Positions 18,046 through 27,792 of a stretch of DNA of 52,679 bases are shown here, piece after piece (the stretch's first letter is position 1; each line of letters begins with the position of its first letter). Source of the DNA: Nitrospirota bacterium (lineage in GTDB: Bacteria; Nitrospirota; Nitrospiria; Nitrospirales; UBA8639). The stretch is from positions 1 to 52,679 of the forward strand of contig JAOUGQ010000001.1 of assembly GCA_029865515.1 (NCBI GenBank). The letters are read 5' to 3'. The translations under genes were made by a program, and so were the position numbers. The notes beneath the pieces are model-generated. The model worked only from the letters and a program-made list of their open reading frames with translations. It was not told the DNA's origin and searched no databases.

Positions 18046-19680
18046 TTAGATACTGAGTGAGTCCAATTTCCGGCGGTTCATAAAATCAAACACCACCTTG
18101 GTCCCGACTAACGCGGTAAACAAATTAATGGCAATTCCCAAACACAAGGTCACCGCAAACCCTTTAATGGGACCGGTTCCAAATAAAAACAGCGCCAACC
18201 CGGTGATCAGGGTGGTGACATGAGAATCCACAATCGTCAAGAAGGCTTTGTCATAGCCACTATCCACTGCCAAACGAACCGGACGCCCCTGGCGGAGTTC
18301 CTCCCTGATTCGCTCGAAAATCAGCACATTGGAATCGACTCCCATGCCAATGGTTAAAATAATTCCGGCAATACCCGGTAAGGTTAAGGTGGCATTAAGC
18401 CCGGATAAAGCTCCCAGTAAACAAATTAAATTGAGAAAGACGGCCATATTGGCAATGAAGCCGGAGAGCCGGTAATACACAATCATAAAGATCAAGACCA
18501 GCGACCCGGCGATGATGGTCGTTCGTAAACCCTTGTCAATTGAATCCTGGCCGAGAGAAGGGCCAACAGTTAAGTCCTGCAGAGTTTTTAAAGGAGCCGG
18601 GAGCGCACCCGCTCGGAGCACCACGGCCAGATCATTCGCCTCTGCCGTGGTAAAAGTGCCTTCAATGACCGCACGGCCACCGCTAATCCGATCTCGAATA
18701 ACCGGCGCAGAATACACCTTCCCATCCAACACCACAGCCATCCGCTTGCCGATATTGGCAGCCGTCAGCAAATCAAATTCCCGTGCCCCTTTGCTGTCAA
18801 AGGTAATACTGACGATTGGCTCATTAAAATCCCCAATGGTCACGCGCGCATCTTGCAGCACATCGCCGGTGAGAGCCGAATCTATTTTCACAAGATACGG
18901 AATGCTATAGGCCCGCCCATCGGGTTCGGAGACCGCGGACTCAAATAAGATTTCTGCTCCTTCAGGAACTTTGCCTTCCAGCTCTTTCCGGACTTTTTCT
19001 TCTTGGCCTTTTTCCACTTGTGGAGGCAAATCCAACGCAACCTTTGACTCCTCCAACAATTTAAATTCTAACAATGCCGTTTCTTGAATGAGATCTTTGG
19101 CTCGTTGAGGGTCTTTGACCCCCGGCAATTGAATCGCAATTTGATTGACCCCCAACCGCTGAATCAGGGGTTCAGCCACGCCAAATTGATCAATACGGTT
19201 TCTGAGTGTCTCAAGTGCCTGATTGATGGCTGAGGTTTTAACCCGTTCCACCTCGGTAGAGCGGAGGTCGTACACCAAACGAGTCCCCGATGGAGGTTGC
19301 GACACAAAATTCGGAAAAGCTTCATCAAGAAGCTTTCGAACTTCTTCGCCATCAGCTTCCTTCTGAAGAGTAATGGCAATCGTGGTCGCCCCCTCACGTC
19401 TGACACCATCAACGGCCATCGCCTTTTCCTTCAGCAGATCGTCTACCGCCTTCCGTGTCCGATCAACAGCAATCTCGACCGCCCGCTCCTCTTCCACTTC
19501 CAACACCAGATGGATTCCGCCCTGAAGGTCTAGACCCAAAGAAAGTCCGCGATGGCTCAACACCCGTTTCACGCCATCGGGCAACGACTGGTACAGCCCT
19601 GGGAACGAAGGAAGAGCCAGAATGACAGACACCACCGTGACCAGGAGAAGGAGAAGGAACCTTCCACGAAGCTTTTTCAT
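18046..19680 (-). CDS. secD: Protein translocase subunit SecD
   Basis: LGLDLQGG, RIDQFGVAEP, LRAGALPAP, VGPSLG, GMGVDSNVLIFERIREE. Confidence 0.97.
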   Translation of the reverse strand: MKKLRGRFLLLLLVTVVSVILALPSFPGLYQSLPDGVKRVLSHRGLSLGLDLQGGIHLVLEVEEERAVEIAVDRTRKAVDDLLKEKAMAVDGVRREGATTIAITLQKEADGEEVRKLLDEAFPNFVSQPPSGTRLVYDLRSTEVERVKTSAINQALETLRNRIDQFGVAEPLIQRLGVNQIAIQLPGVKDPQRAKDLIQETALLEFKLLEESKVALDLPPQVEKGQEEKVRKELEGKVPEGAEILFESAVSEPDGRAYSIPYLVKIDSALTGDVLQDARVTIGDFNEPIVSITFDSKGAREFDLLTAANIGKRMAVVLDGKVYSAPVIRDRISGGRAVIEGTFTTAEANDLAVVLRAGALPAPLKTLQDLTVGPSLGQDSIDKGLRTTIIAGSLVLIFMIVYYRLSGFIANMAVFLNLICLLGALSGLNATLTLPGIAGIILTIGMGVDSNVLIFERIREELRQGRPVRLAVDSGYDKAFLTIVDSHVTTLITGLALFLFGTGPIKGFAVTLCLGIAINLFTALVGTKVVFDFMNRRKLDSLSI

Positions 19681-19699
19681 TCATTAACCCCTTGATACA

Positions 19700-20023
19700 T
19701 CATGATTCATTTGTCGTGCGGATGCTCGCGATATGATCACGTTGCAACCGAATTTTTGTATTGTCCGCAACTTGTAGCGTGGCCGTCTCCTTATCCAAAT
19801 TGGTGACCGTCCCCCAAATTCCAGACGATGTAATCACCTTATCGCCCTTTTTCAGGCCATCCAGCAATTCCCGTTGTTTTTTTTGCCGACGCTGCTGCGG
19901 CAAAATGAGCAAAAAATAAAACACCACAAAAATCAGCAGAAAGGGGATAAGCGACAATAACCCCGCCGAGGAATCGGGACCGGAGCCCCCGGCTTGAGCC
20001 CAGGCGTAAGAATCTAAATTCAT
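19700..20023 (-). CDS. yajC: Preprotein translocase subunit YajC
   Basis: FYFLLILPQQRRQK...LKKGDKVITSSGIWG; canonical tgt-yajC-secD-secF order. Confidence 0.95.
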   Translation of the reverse strand: MNLDSYAWAQAGGSGPDSSAGLLSLIPFLLIFVVFYFLLILPQQRRQKKQRELLDGLKKGDKVITSSGIWGTVTNLDKETATLQVADNTKIRLQRDHIASIRTTNES

Positions 20024-20064
20024 AGGTACCTCAGTTTTAAAACGCATCTGCCAAATTGTTTCAA

Positions 20065-21240
20065 TCAGGTCGTCACTTCCTGAATGAGCGACTCACTCGC
20101 ATCACATTCGCGTCGACGGTAAAATTCTTTCCGATAGGCCTCGAACTGATTTTCTCTGATCGCGTGGCGTAACTCCTTCATGAGCGAGCCATAATACCAG
20201 AGATTATGTATCGTATTCAGGCGTACACCCAACATTTCATGAGACAAGAATAAGTGCCTCAAATAGGCCCGGGAAAACCGTTGACACACGGGGCACTCGC
20301 ACTTGGCATCAAGAGGATTGGGATCCCGGGCATAGCGAGCCTGTTTGATCAACACCTTCCCAGTCGAGGTAAACAGCCAGCCGGTTCGTCCGTGCCGGGT
20401 CGGTATCACGCAGTCAAATAAATCCAGGCCCCGGGCCACCCCTTCCACAATATCTTCAGGAAGCCCGACCCCCATTAAATAGCGAGGACGACTAGATGGA
20501 AGCTGATCAACTACCGTCTCAATCATGCTCAACATCGCAGGCTTTTCTTCTCCCAGGGATAATCCACCCAAAGCATATCCATCCATATTCAAGTTGACCA
20601 ATTCTTGAGTCGACTCTTCTCTCAACTGAGAAAACACCCCACCCTGGACAATCCCAAAAAGCCACTGATGCGCTTTTCTCGACACCACAGCACATCGCTT
20701 GGCCCACCTGGTCGTTCGCTGAACGGCCTCACGAGCTTGTGGTTCAGTACAGGGAAAGGTAGGACAATGGTCGAGAACCATCATGATATCCGATCCGAGA
20801 GCCACTTGAATGGCGATGCTTTTTTCAGGTGAGAGTAAATGCCACTCGCCATCGATATGAGAACGAAAGCCGACTCCCTCCTCCGTCACCTCACAGAGAT
20901 CTGCCAAGCTCACCATCTGATAGCCGCCACTATCGGTCAAAATAGCCCCAGGCCATTGCATAAAGGCATGCAGCCCCCCATGTGATTCAATCAGTTCATG
21001 GCCAGGTCGTAGAAACAGGTGATACGCATTGGCCAAAATCATATCAAACCCGCATTCTCGGACTTCTTTCGGATCCAACCCCTTGACCGTCCCCTGCGAG
21101 CCAACCGGCATAAAAGCCGGAGTTTCAATCTCCCCATGGGAGGTGGATAACAGTCCAACCCGCGCGCAGGCCGATGGCGAAGCATGAAGGACATCAAAAC
21201 GGTTCGGGGCTGACTGGGGGATAGATGGATCTTCAGACAT
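20065..21240 (-). CDS. tgt: Queuine tRNA-ribosyltransferase
   Basis: TPAFMPVG, ILTDSGGYQ, GIVQGG, PRYLMGVG, DCVIPTR, Zn motif CECPVC...H. Confidence 0.97.
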   Translation of the reverse strand: MSEDPSIPQSAPNRFDVLHASPSACARVGLLSTSHGEIETPAFMPVGSQGTVKGLDPKEVRECGFDMILANAYHLFLRPGHELIESHGGLHAFMQWPGAILTDSGGYQMVSLADLCEVTEEGVGFRSHIDGEWHLLSPEKSIAIQVALGSDIMMVLDHCPTFPCTEPQAREAVQRTTRWAKRCAVVSRKAHQWLFGIVQGGVFSQLREESTQELVNLNMDGYALGGLSLGEEKPAMLSMIETVVDQLPSSRPRYLMGVGLPEDIVEGVARGLDLFDCVIPTRHGRTGWLFTSTGKVLIKQARYARDPNPLDAKCECPVCQRFSRAYLRHLFLSHEMLGVRLNTIHNLWYYGSLMKELRHAIRENQFEAYRKEFYRRRECDASESLIQEVTT

Positions 21241-21272
21241 TGTGACACGCTACCATTGGGCCTTAACGTTCT

Positions 21273-23054
21273 TTACATTTTCTCCGGCGCCGAAATTCCC
21301 AGGAGAGTCAGTCCATTGCAAATGACCGTCTGCACCTGACGAAGCAGCGCCAAACGAGCTGCCGTCAGAGCGGGTTGGATACATTCATAAGCGTGTTCCT
21401 GCTCCAATTCTGAAGCTTTCCCATTCGACTCCAATTCATTGCTACGGCCTGCATCCCCAGTTTTGCCGACAGATTCCACAGATGGGAGAACGCGGTTTTT
21501 GTTGTAGTAGGCATGCAATTGCGCAGCAAGCTCTTGGAGGTAAAACGTTAATCGATGAGGCTCCAAGGCGGTTGCACTGACTTCGACAACGAATGGATAC
21601 TGGGACAGGGTTTTGATAAGCCCTAATTCTTCATCCTGTACCAACAAGGTCTGCTCAACATCCTGAATAGCCGGAAGGTTCACCTGCCGCTCCTGAGCCA
21701 CTCGAAACAGGCTGGCCAAACGGGCATGCGCATACTGGACATAATAGACGGGATTGTCCGAAGACTGTTGCTTGGCCAATTCCAAATCAAAATCCAAGTG
21801 TGTATCAGCCCGTCTCATTAAGAAGAAGAACTTGGCGGCATCGGAACCAACCTCTTCGAGAACCTCTCGTAAGGTCACAAACTCGCCGGCCCGCTTCGAC
21901 ATCTCAACTTTTTCCCCGCCGCGCAGCAGACTGACCATTTGCACAAGAACAATCCGCAAGGTCTCCTTGGCATAGCCAAACGCTTGAACCGTGGCCTCCA
22001 TCCGTGGGATATATCCATGGTGGTCGGCACCCCAAATATTAATCAATGTATCAAAGCCCCGTTCCAATTTTTGTCGATGGTAGGCGATATCCGCAGCTAA
22101 ATAGGTGTAGCTCCCATCCTGTTTTTGAACCACGCGATCCTTTTCATCTCCAAATTGAGAGGAGCGAAACCACCAGGCTCCTTCCTCTTGTGTTAAAAGC
22201 CCCTTCTGCCGGAGTTCGTCCAACGCCTGTTGAATGAGCCCCTTGCTATGAAGGGATGTCTCACTAAACCACGTTTCAAAATCTACTCCAAATGTGACTA
22301 GATCCTCCTTGATACGATCCAAGAGAATCTGGCTGGCCAATTGAGCGCAGCGTGTTTCGGCCACATCGGATGGGCTATCCAGTAAGGCACGCCCATGAGT
22401 CCTCGCAACAGATTCAGCCACAGTTTTTATATAGTCTCCATGATACCCATCCTCGGGAAACGTTGAAGATTCTCCACAATGCTCACGATAGCGGGCGTAG
22501 ACGGAACGACCCAATAACTGCAATTGGCGACCGGCATCATTAATGTAATATTCGCGGGAGACCGTGAATCCCACAGCTTCTAAGAGCGTCGCGATGGCCT
22601 GTCCCAGTGCAGCCCCACGTCCATGTCCCACATGCAACGGCCCGGTAGGATTCGCACTCACGAACTCCAGTAAAATACGCTTCCCTTTTCCAATGGAGCT
22701 GACGCCAAACGAAGATCCGTTGTCCTGGATAGTCTGTAAGACCTGCATCCACCGAATGGGATGGAGCGTCAGGTTCAAAAATCCCGGCGGGGCGACATCA
22801 ACACGAACGAACAATTCTGGAAACTGCGCACGAAGCCCTGTTGCCAGAACGCCGGCCACCTTCAGAGGCGATTGCCGAACTTGTGAGGCCAACGTCATTG
22901 CAACATTAGAAGAAAAGTCTCCCCATTCCGGTCGTTTGGGAGGCTCCACAAAAATGCTAGGAATCGTGGCAATACTCAGTTCTCCAGATTCTTTCACCTT
23001 GCCCAAGGCGACGGATATTGCTTCAATAACTTGATTCTGGAGAAGTGCCTCCAC
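21273..23054 (-). CDS. argS: Arginyl-tRNA synthetase
   Basis: EFVSANPTGPLHVGH, YYINDAG, WGADHHGY, EMSKRAG, NPVYYVQYAHAR, C-terminal LGISAPEKM. Confidence 0.97.
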   Translation of the reverse strand: MEALLQNQVIEAISVALGKVKESGELSIATIPSIFVEPPKRPEWGDFSSNVAMTLASQVRQSPLKVAGVLATGLRAQFPELFVRVDVAPPGFLNLTLHPIRWMQVLQTIQDNGSSFGVSSIGKGKRILLEFVSANPTGPLHVGHGRGAALGQAIATLLEAVGFTVSREYYINDAGRQLQLLGRSVYARYREHCGESSTFPEDGYHGDYIKTVAESVARTHGRALLDSPSDVAETRCAQLASQILLDRIKEDLVTFGVDFETWFSETSLHSKGLIQQALDELRQKGLLTQEEGAWWFRSSQFGDEKDRVVQKQDGSYTYLAADIAYHRQKLERGFDTLINIWGADHHGYIPRMEATVQAFGYAKETLRIVLVQMVSLLRGGEKVEMSKRAGEFVTLREVLEEVGSDAAKFFFLMRRADTHLDFDLELAKQQSSDNPVYYVQYAHARLASLFRVAQERQVNLPAIQDVEQTLLVQDEELGLIKTLSQYPFVVEVSATALEPHRLTFYLQELAAQLHAYYNKNRVLPSVESVGKTGDAGRSNELESNGKASELEQEHAYECIQPALTAARLALLRQVQTVICNGLTLLGISAPEKM

Positions 23055-23121
23055 CCTAAATCATCCTATCTATGCAGAATATATGGGTTTTTTAAAGCCG
23101 CGGCGAATGTAACACAGCATT

Positions 23122-24195
23122 CTAGCCAAGGCAAGGCACATGGGGAGATTCATCAACACCCCTTAAAGACGCACGGGGCACGGAAGTATTCATTCCACAC
23201 AATAATTCTTCCGCTTTTACCATGACCTCATTCATGGGAATGCCAAAACAACGTTTGTCCAAACATTGCTCAATGGACTCCTTCCCCACGCAATGACAGG
23301 CACTTCGCAGCACCGCGACAGATTTCCCCCGTGGCGCCCACTTGGCTGGATCGGTGGGACCGAACAGCAAGATAGAGGGAACAGCCAAACAGGTCGCCAA
23401 ATGTGAAAGCCCGGAATCATGTCCAATAAACAAGTGGGCCTGTTGCAGATGTTGCCCTACCGAAAGCAAATCCAATCCCTCAAAGATAGTGAGGTTAAGA
23501 TCATTTAACAACCCTTGTACTTTTCGCAGAGAGTCTGTGTCTGCGGGTCCTCCCACAAGGCAAACTCTCCGATGTGGTTGAGCCATCAGACCATTGACCA
23601 TATTCGCCCATAAAGCCGGAGGGGCACATTTGTGAATACTTCCACTTCCAGGATGAAGAATAATAAGTCGCTCCGTTGAAGAAGATTGCCCCATTATTGG
23701 TGATTGGCGGAATACCAGGAGTCGCTCATCGTGAAAATTCTTTTCTAATTGGTTGAATGCCTGTTGCGTGTTGAACCACGGTTGGAGTGTCTCAACATAA
23801 CGATCAGCCATATGATCCTGGAATAAAGACGGATCATGAGGCGAGCGAAGAATAAGGTTATTAATTCCAACGGCTTTAAACCAACTTCGCCATATCCCAT
23901 CTGAGTCCTCCATCCATCCGACAGCCCTTTCACAACGATTGAATAACGATGAGAATAGCCCTTGGCAAAAACCTTTAGTTCCTTCATACGCTAAAAAATT
24001 CAAGCTATCGAAAGAATAGGACTGATGAACCTCACGGGCATCCACAAACACATCGCCTAACTCCTTATGGCCAAACCAGATCATGCGATGTCCAGGAAAC
24101 TTGGCCCGCAAAACTCGAAGAGCAGGCAGGGCCAGCAACCCGTCACCCAAAGCTCCCGGATGAAAAACCAACAAGAATGGAGCAGAAACAGGCAT
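23122..24195 (-). CDS. Glycosyltransferase family 9 (ADP-heptose:LPS heptosyltransferase-like)
   Basis: GALGD, HPGSG..K, GHDSGLSHLA, LFGPTDP.KW.P; start moved to the ATG just after the mobA stop. Confidence 0.85.
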   Translation of the reverse strand: MPVSAPFLLVFHPGALGDGLLALPALRVLRAKFPGHRMIWFGHKELGDVFVDAREVHQSYSFDSLNFLAYEGTKGFCQGLFSSLFNRCERAVGWMEDSDGIWRSWFKAVGINNLILRSPHDPSLFQDHMADRYVETLQPWFNTQQAFNQLEKNFHDERLLVFRQSPIMGQSSSTERLIILHPGSGSIHKCAPPALWANMVNGLMAQPHRRVCLVGGPADTDSLRKVQGLLNDLNLTIFEGLDLLSVGQHLQQAHLFIGHDSGLSHLATCLAVPSILLFGPTDPAKWAPRGKSVAVLRSACHCVGKESIEQCLDKRCFGIPMNEVMVKAEELLCGMNTSVPRASLRGVDESPHVPCLG

Positions 24196-24200
24196 GAATA

Positions 24201-24821
24201 TTATTTCAAACGGGAAGCGGCCTTTCGGGCACATTCCAAATCAGAGGGGGTATTTATATTCAAAAAAGAATAACAATACGGATCAATGTCCTTGAACATT
24301 GATTCCTCAATAATTTGGACAGAGAGGGATGAATGATTGACCAGACTTTGAATCCGAAGGTTTCCTTCCTGAATCATCTGTTCCATGACGGGATAGCACC
24401 GTTTGGAATACCGTCCATGAAGGGGCTGAAACCCGGTAGAAAGTTTGACCATGACCACATCGCCTTCGGGAAGTGCGCAGAGCCGTGAAATGGCCAAAGG
24501 ATTTAAAAATGGCATATCACACGCCACCACAAACACAAAGGGGGCTGAGGCCTCCTTGAGCCCGGTGAACAACCCACCCAAAGATCCCTTTTGGGGAATA
24601 GCATCAGTCACTAATCGAACAGGGAGATGGCCACAAGCGTAATCTTCCGTGGCAGTCACCAGCAACACCTCGTCGAATAACTCACCCATGGTCAGACAGA
24701 CTTTATCCAGGAACTTCATCCCCTCCCATTCCAGAATTCGTTTATCCTGCCCCATTCGCCGGCTTTGACCACCACCTAAGACCACCCCGGTAATTGTTTT
24801 TATTTTTTGAAGTGTTGCCAT
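24201..24821 (-). CDS. mobA: Molybdenum cofactor guanylyltransferase
   Basis: GVVLGGGQSRRMGQDK, GSLGGL, VACDMPF, QPLHGRY, FLNINTPSD; most plausible start is ATG 24821. Confidence 0.92.
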   Translation of the reverse strand: MATLQKIKTITGVVLGGGQSRRMGQDKRILEWEGMKFLDKVCLTMGELFDEVLLVTATEDYACGHLPVRLVTDAIPQKGSLGGLFTGLKEASAPFVFVVACDMPFLNPLAISRLCALPEGDVVMVKLSTGFQPLHGRYSKRCYPVMEQMIQEGNLRIQSLVNHSSLSVQIIEESMFKDIDPYCYSFLNINTPSDLECARKAASRLK

Positions 24822-24853
24822 AAAAAAAAAGGGGGTGGTTGCCCACCCCCTTT
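24822..24853 (-). terminator. Intrinsic terminator after the cytochrome c operon
   Basis: GGGGGUGG-GCAA-CCACCCCC followed by U9. Confidence 0.88.
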
Positions 24854-24888
24854 GATTTGCAATTCGGAGGATTCCGATTTTTACATCA

Positions 24889-26763
24889 TTATAAGGATTT
24901 GCCTTTGCGCCGATTGGCACGACGGGTCAAGATCCACCCTTCCACGATGACCAACCCAATGGCCGCCACTGTAGGATAGATATACGTTTCTTTAGGAATT
25001 GGTGGTTCCAACACAAGGTAATAAAATGCAGAGACCGCCATCTTTCGTCCCACATCCCCATTGTGTCCATCCCAGGCAAAGAAATTGATGGGAATATATT
25101 TACCCAGCTCAATGTACGTATCTTCTTCATAATCACCCTTAAGCGGGCGAGTAATGATCACCGTCCATCGGCCATTTTGCCACTCAGCCTTCACCACTTT
25201 CAGCTGTTCCGTGAAATCATCACGGTCCTCAAAGTCCATATCCCAACCCGTGCCTTGATAAGCCTTCAGGTTGCCATCGGCCGTCCACTTTGTGATATCA
25301 ACGGGGAAAGACTCATCTCCCCAGAAATAACGTGGCTTCCGTGGGGCTGGTAATTCCTGCCATTTTATGGGGAATTGGAAAGCAATCCCGTCATTAAACA
25401 CTTGATAAGACGTTTGCTTAGCAGCAATCGAGTCCGGGTGAGTCGGATCATCATCGAATTTTGAACCTCCTGGTGGCTGCTCTTCTATTCCATAATCTCC
25501 AAGATTAACTTCATAGGGTTCCCAGTCAACACTGTCTTTTTGCACACTCTTGGTACGATCATCCCAGCGGAACATGAACGCAATATGGGTTTCATTATAA
25601 AGGGATTGAACCCAGACATCGTCAATCCGGTTAACAAAGTTGCGCGGCTTATGGGTAATTTGCCCACCCATGGCGACGATCCGGCGTTCGATAAGATTCC
25701 ATCGTGGGTCATGTTCATCAGCCGGGAGTTCCCCCTCAACAAACTTTGAAGGAACCACGAAATTGATCTTTGGTTTATCTGTTAAAGGATCAATTCCCCT
25801 TGGCTTGGCTTCCAGTAAAGATTTCGCGATCTCATCGGTCACGTTTCCACCGGCAATATCAACGTCCTTATCCCGTTCACACAGATGATTCACGTAATTG
25901 GCAATATGCCAGCGATCTTCAACTGTGGTGTTGTCGGCAAATGATGGCATCGGAGTTCCACTTACTCCTGTGGAGAAAGTTCTAAAAATATTTTTAACAT
26001 TGTAGGCATCCTGACGACTGCCCCTGAAATTCCAGCATTTGTGCCAGTCCGCCGGTTGAATGGAAAAACCCCAGTCATCCTTAAGGTTAAAAGCATTCCC
26101 ATCTCCTCGACCTTCCAGGCCGTGGCACTCAATACATTTCATTTCTTTTACCAACTCTGAACCACGCTTAACCGATTCCGCCGAAGGGGGAACCGGTTGA
26201 ATTTTTTCAAGTTGCAAAACATGAAATTCTTCAAATTCCGTATCCTGCCAACTACGATCCTTGACCAATTCTGTCGTCACAAAAGCCAAGACATCCTTGC
26301 GTTGCTCTTCGGTCAAAATACCTTCCCAGGAAGGCATAGCGGAACCTGGCAAGCCATGAGTCACGGTTTGGAACAGGTCCACATCAATAAGCGGTAATTC
26401 CCCGCTGGCTGTATGACGGATTTTAAACGTCCCCGCATTGAAATTACGCGGGCGAGGCCACAAACGGTCTGCTCCCGGTCCATCCCCTGATCCGTTCACA
26501 CCATGGCACCAGACACATTTTGTAAAATATACCCGCTTTCCTGCTTCAACCTGTTCAGCAGATGGTGGAGCCGGGCGACTTCCTTCGGCAAACCCTTCTG
26601 CCATCTCAGCTTGGGAAGTGGTAGCCACACCCATTCCACCAATCAAGAGGCTTAAACTGAGGAGCCAGGCGCCGAGCCCATGCCTACCGTATTCGGCCGG
26701 TTTCTTTTCGTTCATAACCATCCTCTTTTCAAAATTTCCAGTATCAGATTGAATTTCATGCAT
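24889..26763 (-). CDS. Diheme cytochrome c fused to an EbdC/NxrC-like domain with a C-terminal membrane anchor
   Basis: Signal peptide (..SQA-E), CVWCH, CIECH, PRNF, GSAMP/GTPMP, then FRWDD, DGIAFQFP, WTVIITRPL, FFAWDG....GRK and a C-terminal TM; GGGAGG SD before ATG 26763. Confidence 0.85.
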   Translation of the reverse strand: MHEIQSDTGNFEKRMVMNEKKPAEYGRHGLGAWLLSLSLLIGGMGVATTSQAEMAEGFAEGSRPAPPSAEQVEAGKRVYFTKCVWCHGVNGSGDGPGADRLWPRPRNFNAGTFKIRHTASGELPLIDVDLFQTVTHGLPGSAMPSWEGILTEEQRKDVLAFVTTELVKDRSWQDTEFEEFHVLQLEKIQPVPPSAESVKRGSELVKEMKCIECHGLEGRGDGNAFNLKDDWGFSIQPADWHKCWNFRGSRQDAYNVKNIFRTFSTGVSGTPMPSFADNTTVEDRWHIANYVNHLCERDKDVDIAGGNVTDEIAKSLLEAKPRGIDPLTDKPKINFVVPSKFVEGELPADEHDPRWNLIERRIVAMGGQITHKPRNFVNRIDDVWVQSLYNETHIAFMFRWDDRTKSVQKDSVDWEPYEVNLGDYGIEEQPPGGSKFDDDPTHPDSIAAKQTSYQVFNDGIAFQFPIKWQELPAPRKPRYFWGDESFPVDITKWTADGNLKAYQGTGWDMDFEDRDDFTEQLKVVKAEWQNGRWTVIITRPLKGDYEEDTYIELGKYIPINFFAWDGHNGDVGRKMAVSAFYYLVLEPPIPKETYIYPTVAAIGLVIVEGWILTRRANRRKGKSL

Positions 26764-26776
26764 ATCCGCGTCCTCC

Positions 26777-27745
26777 CTATTCCCAGGTCCGCGGGTAATA
26801 CCCGGTGTGCCAGTATTCAAACATGATGACTTTCCAAATTTCATCTACCGATAAATGCTGTTCCCAGGGAGGCATGACCGACGCCCAGGGGAAACCTTCT
26901 CCAGGGAGCCCGATTCCCCCTTTAGCTACCCGCCAGAACACGAATGTTTCCTGTAGCTGAGCAATAGTTCCCGCATCTGTAAAATTTGCAGGAATGGGAT
27001 TGAAGGCAAAGGCCCAGAGGCCACGGCCATTTAAATTATCCCCATGACAGAAGTGGCAATTTTGAAAAAATATCTCTCCACCTTCCCGTACATGCTTGAT
27101 ATAACCCTTGGCATTTGGATCCCAGGGATTATCTTCCGCGCTTTTCACATCTTTCATTAAACGACCCATAGATTGGTCCACAATATGAGCATTGCTATAG
27201 GCCTGATCATATTTTCCCTCGGGATTAATCCGGTAAGGGTTAGCAGCGGTCTGCAATACATAGGTTTTGCCGTGAACTTTCGTGGTTGCTGGTGGGGCAG
27301 GATGCACCGTCCGCAATTCAATCGGTTCATCAAAACTTGGCAGGAATGAATTGTAGGCGAATCCCCATAGACCGATCGGCAATAGGATCAACAGGGCCAT
27401 TCGCAAGGCCTTAGTGAATCCCGTCTTAGCATCCAACACGTTAATGATGGGGCGCTTGAATTCTTCCCACTCCGGCTGAGAACCTGAGACCCACATAAAA
27501 ATACCGCAAGCCGAGACAGTGCCATAAATGGCCCGCACGCTAAATGGAATGGGTGGATAAATTCGATACTTCAGATAGAACAAATTAACAAACGCCCAGA
27601 CAAAAATACCGGCCCAAAATTTCGGCAAACCCATTCCCGCCTTTTTGAGCGAGTAATTAATAATGGAGAAGACCAATATGCAGATGGCCAATTCGGATAT
27701 CATCTGCATCGGCATGTAGCCTTCGACTAGTTTTAGCCACGTCAT
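26777..27745 (-). CDS. Membrane-bound monoheme cytochrome c
   Basis: 3-4 N-terminal TMs, CHFCH, PANFTD, distal SVMP. Confidence 0.85.
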   Translation of the reverse strand: MTWLKLVEGYMPMQMISELAICILVFSIINYSLKKAGMGLPKFWAGIFVWAFVNLFYLKYRIYPPIPFSVRAIYGTVSACGIFMWVSGSQPEWEEFKRPIINVLDAKTGFTKALRMALLILLPIGLWGFAYNSFLPSFDEPIELRTVHPAPPATTKVHGKTYVLQTAANPYRINPEGKYDQAYSNAHIVDQSMGRLMKDVKSAEDNPWDPNAKGYIKHVREGGEIFFQNCHFCHGDNLNGRGLWAFAFNPIPANFTDAGTIAQLQETFVFWRVAKGGIGLPGEGFPWASVMPPWEQHLSVDEIWKVIMFEYWHTGYYPRTWE

Positions 27746-27792
27746 TCTTCTTTACTCCTTATAAAGGGTTAACCCTTAATTTTTGATTTTCC

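Noticed and set aside
24822-24920. N-terminal extension of MobA given by the ORF track
   Set aside because: It runs through the upstream gene's end and the terminator hairpin and has no MobA-like sequence.
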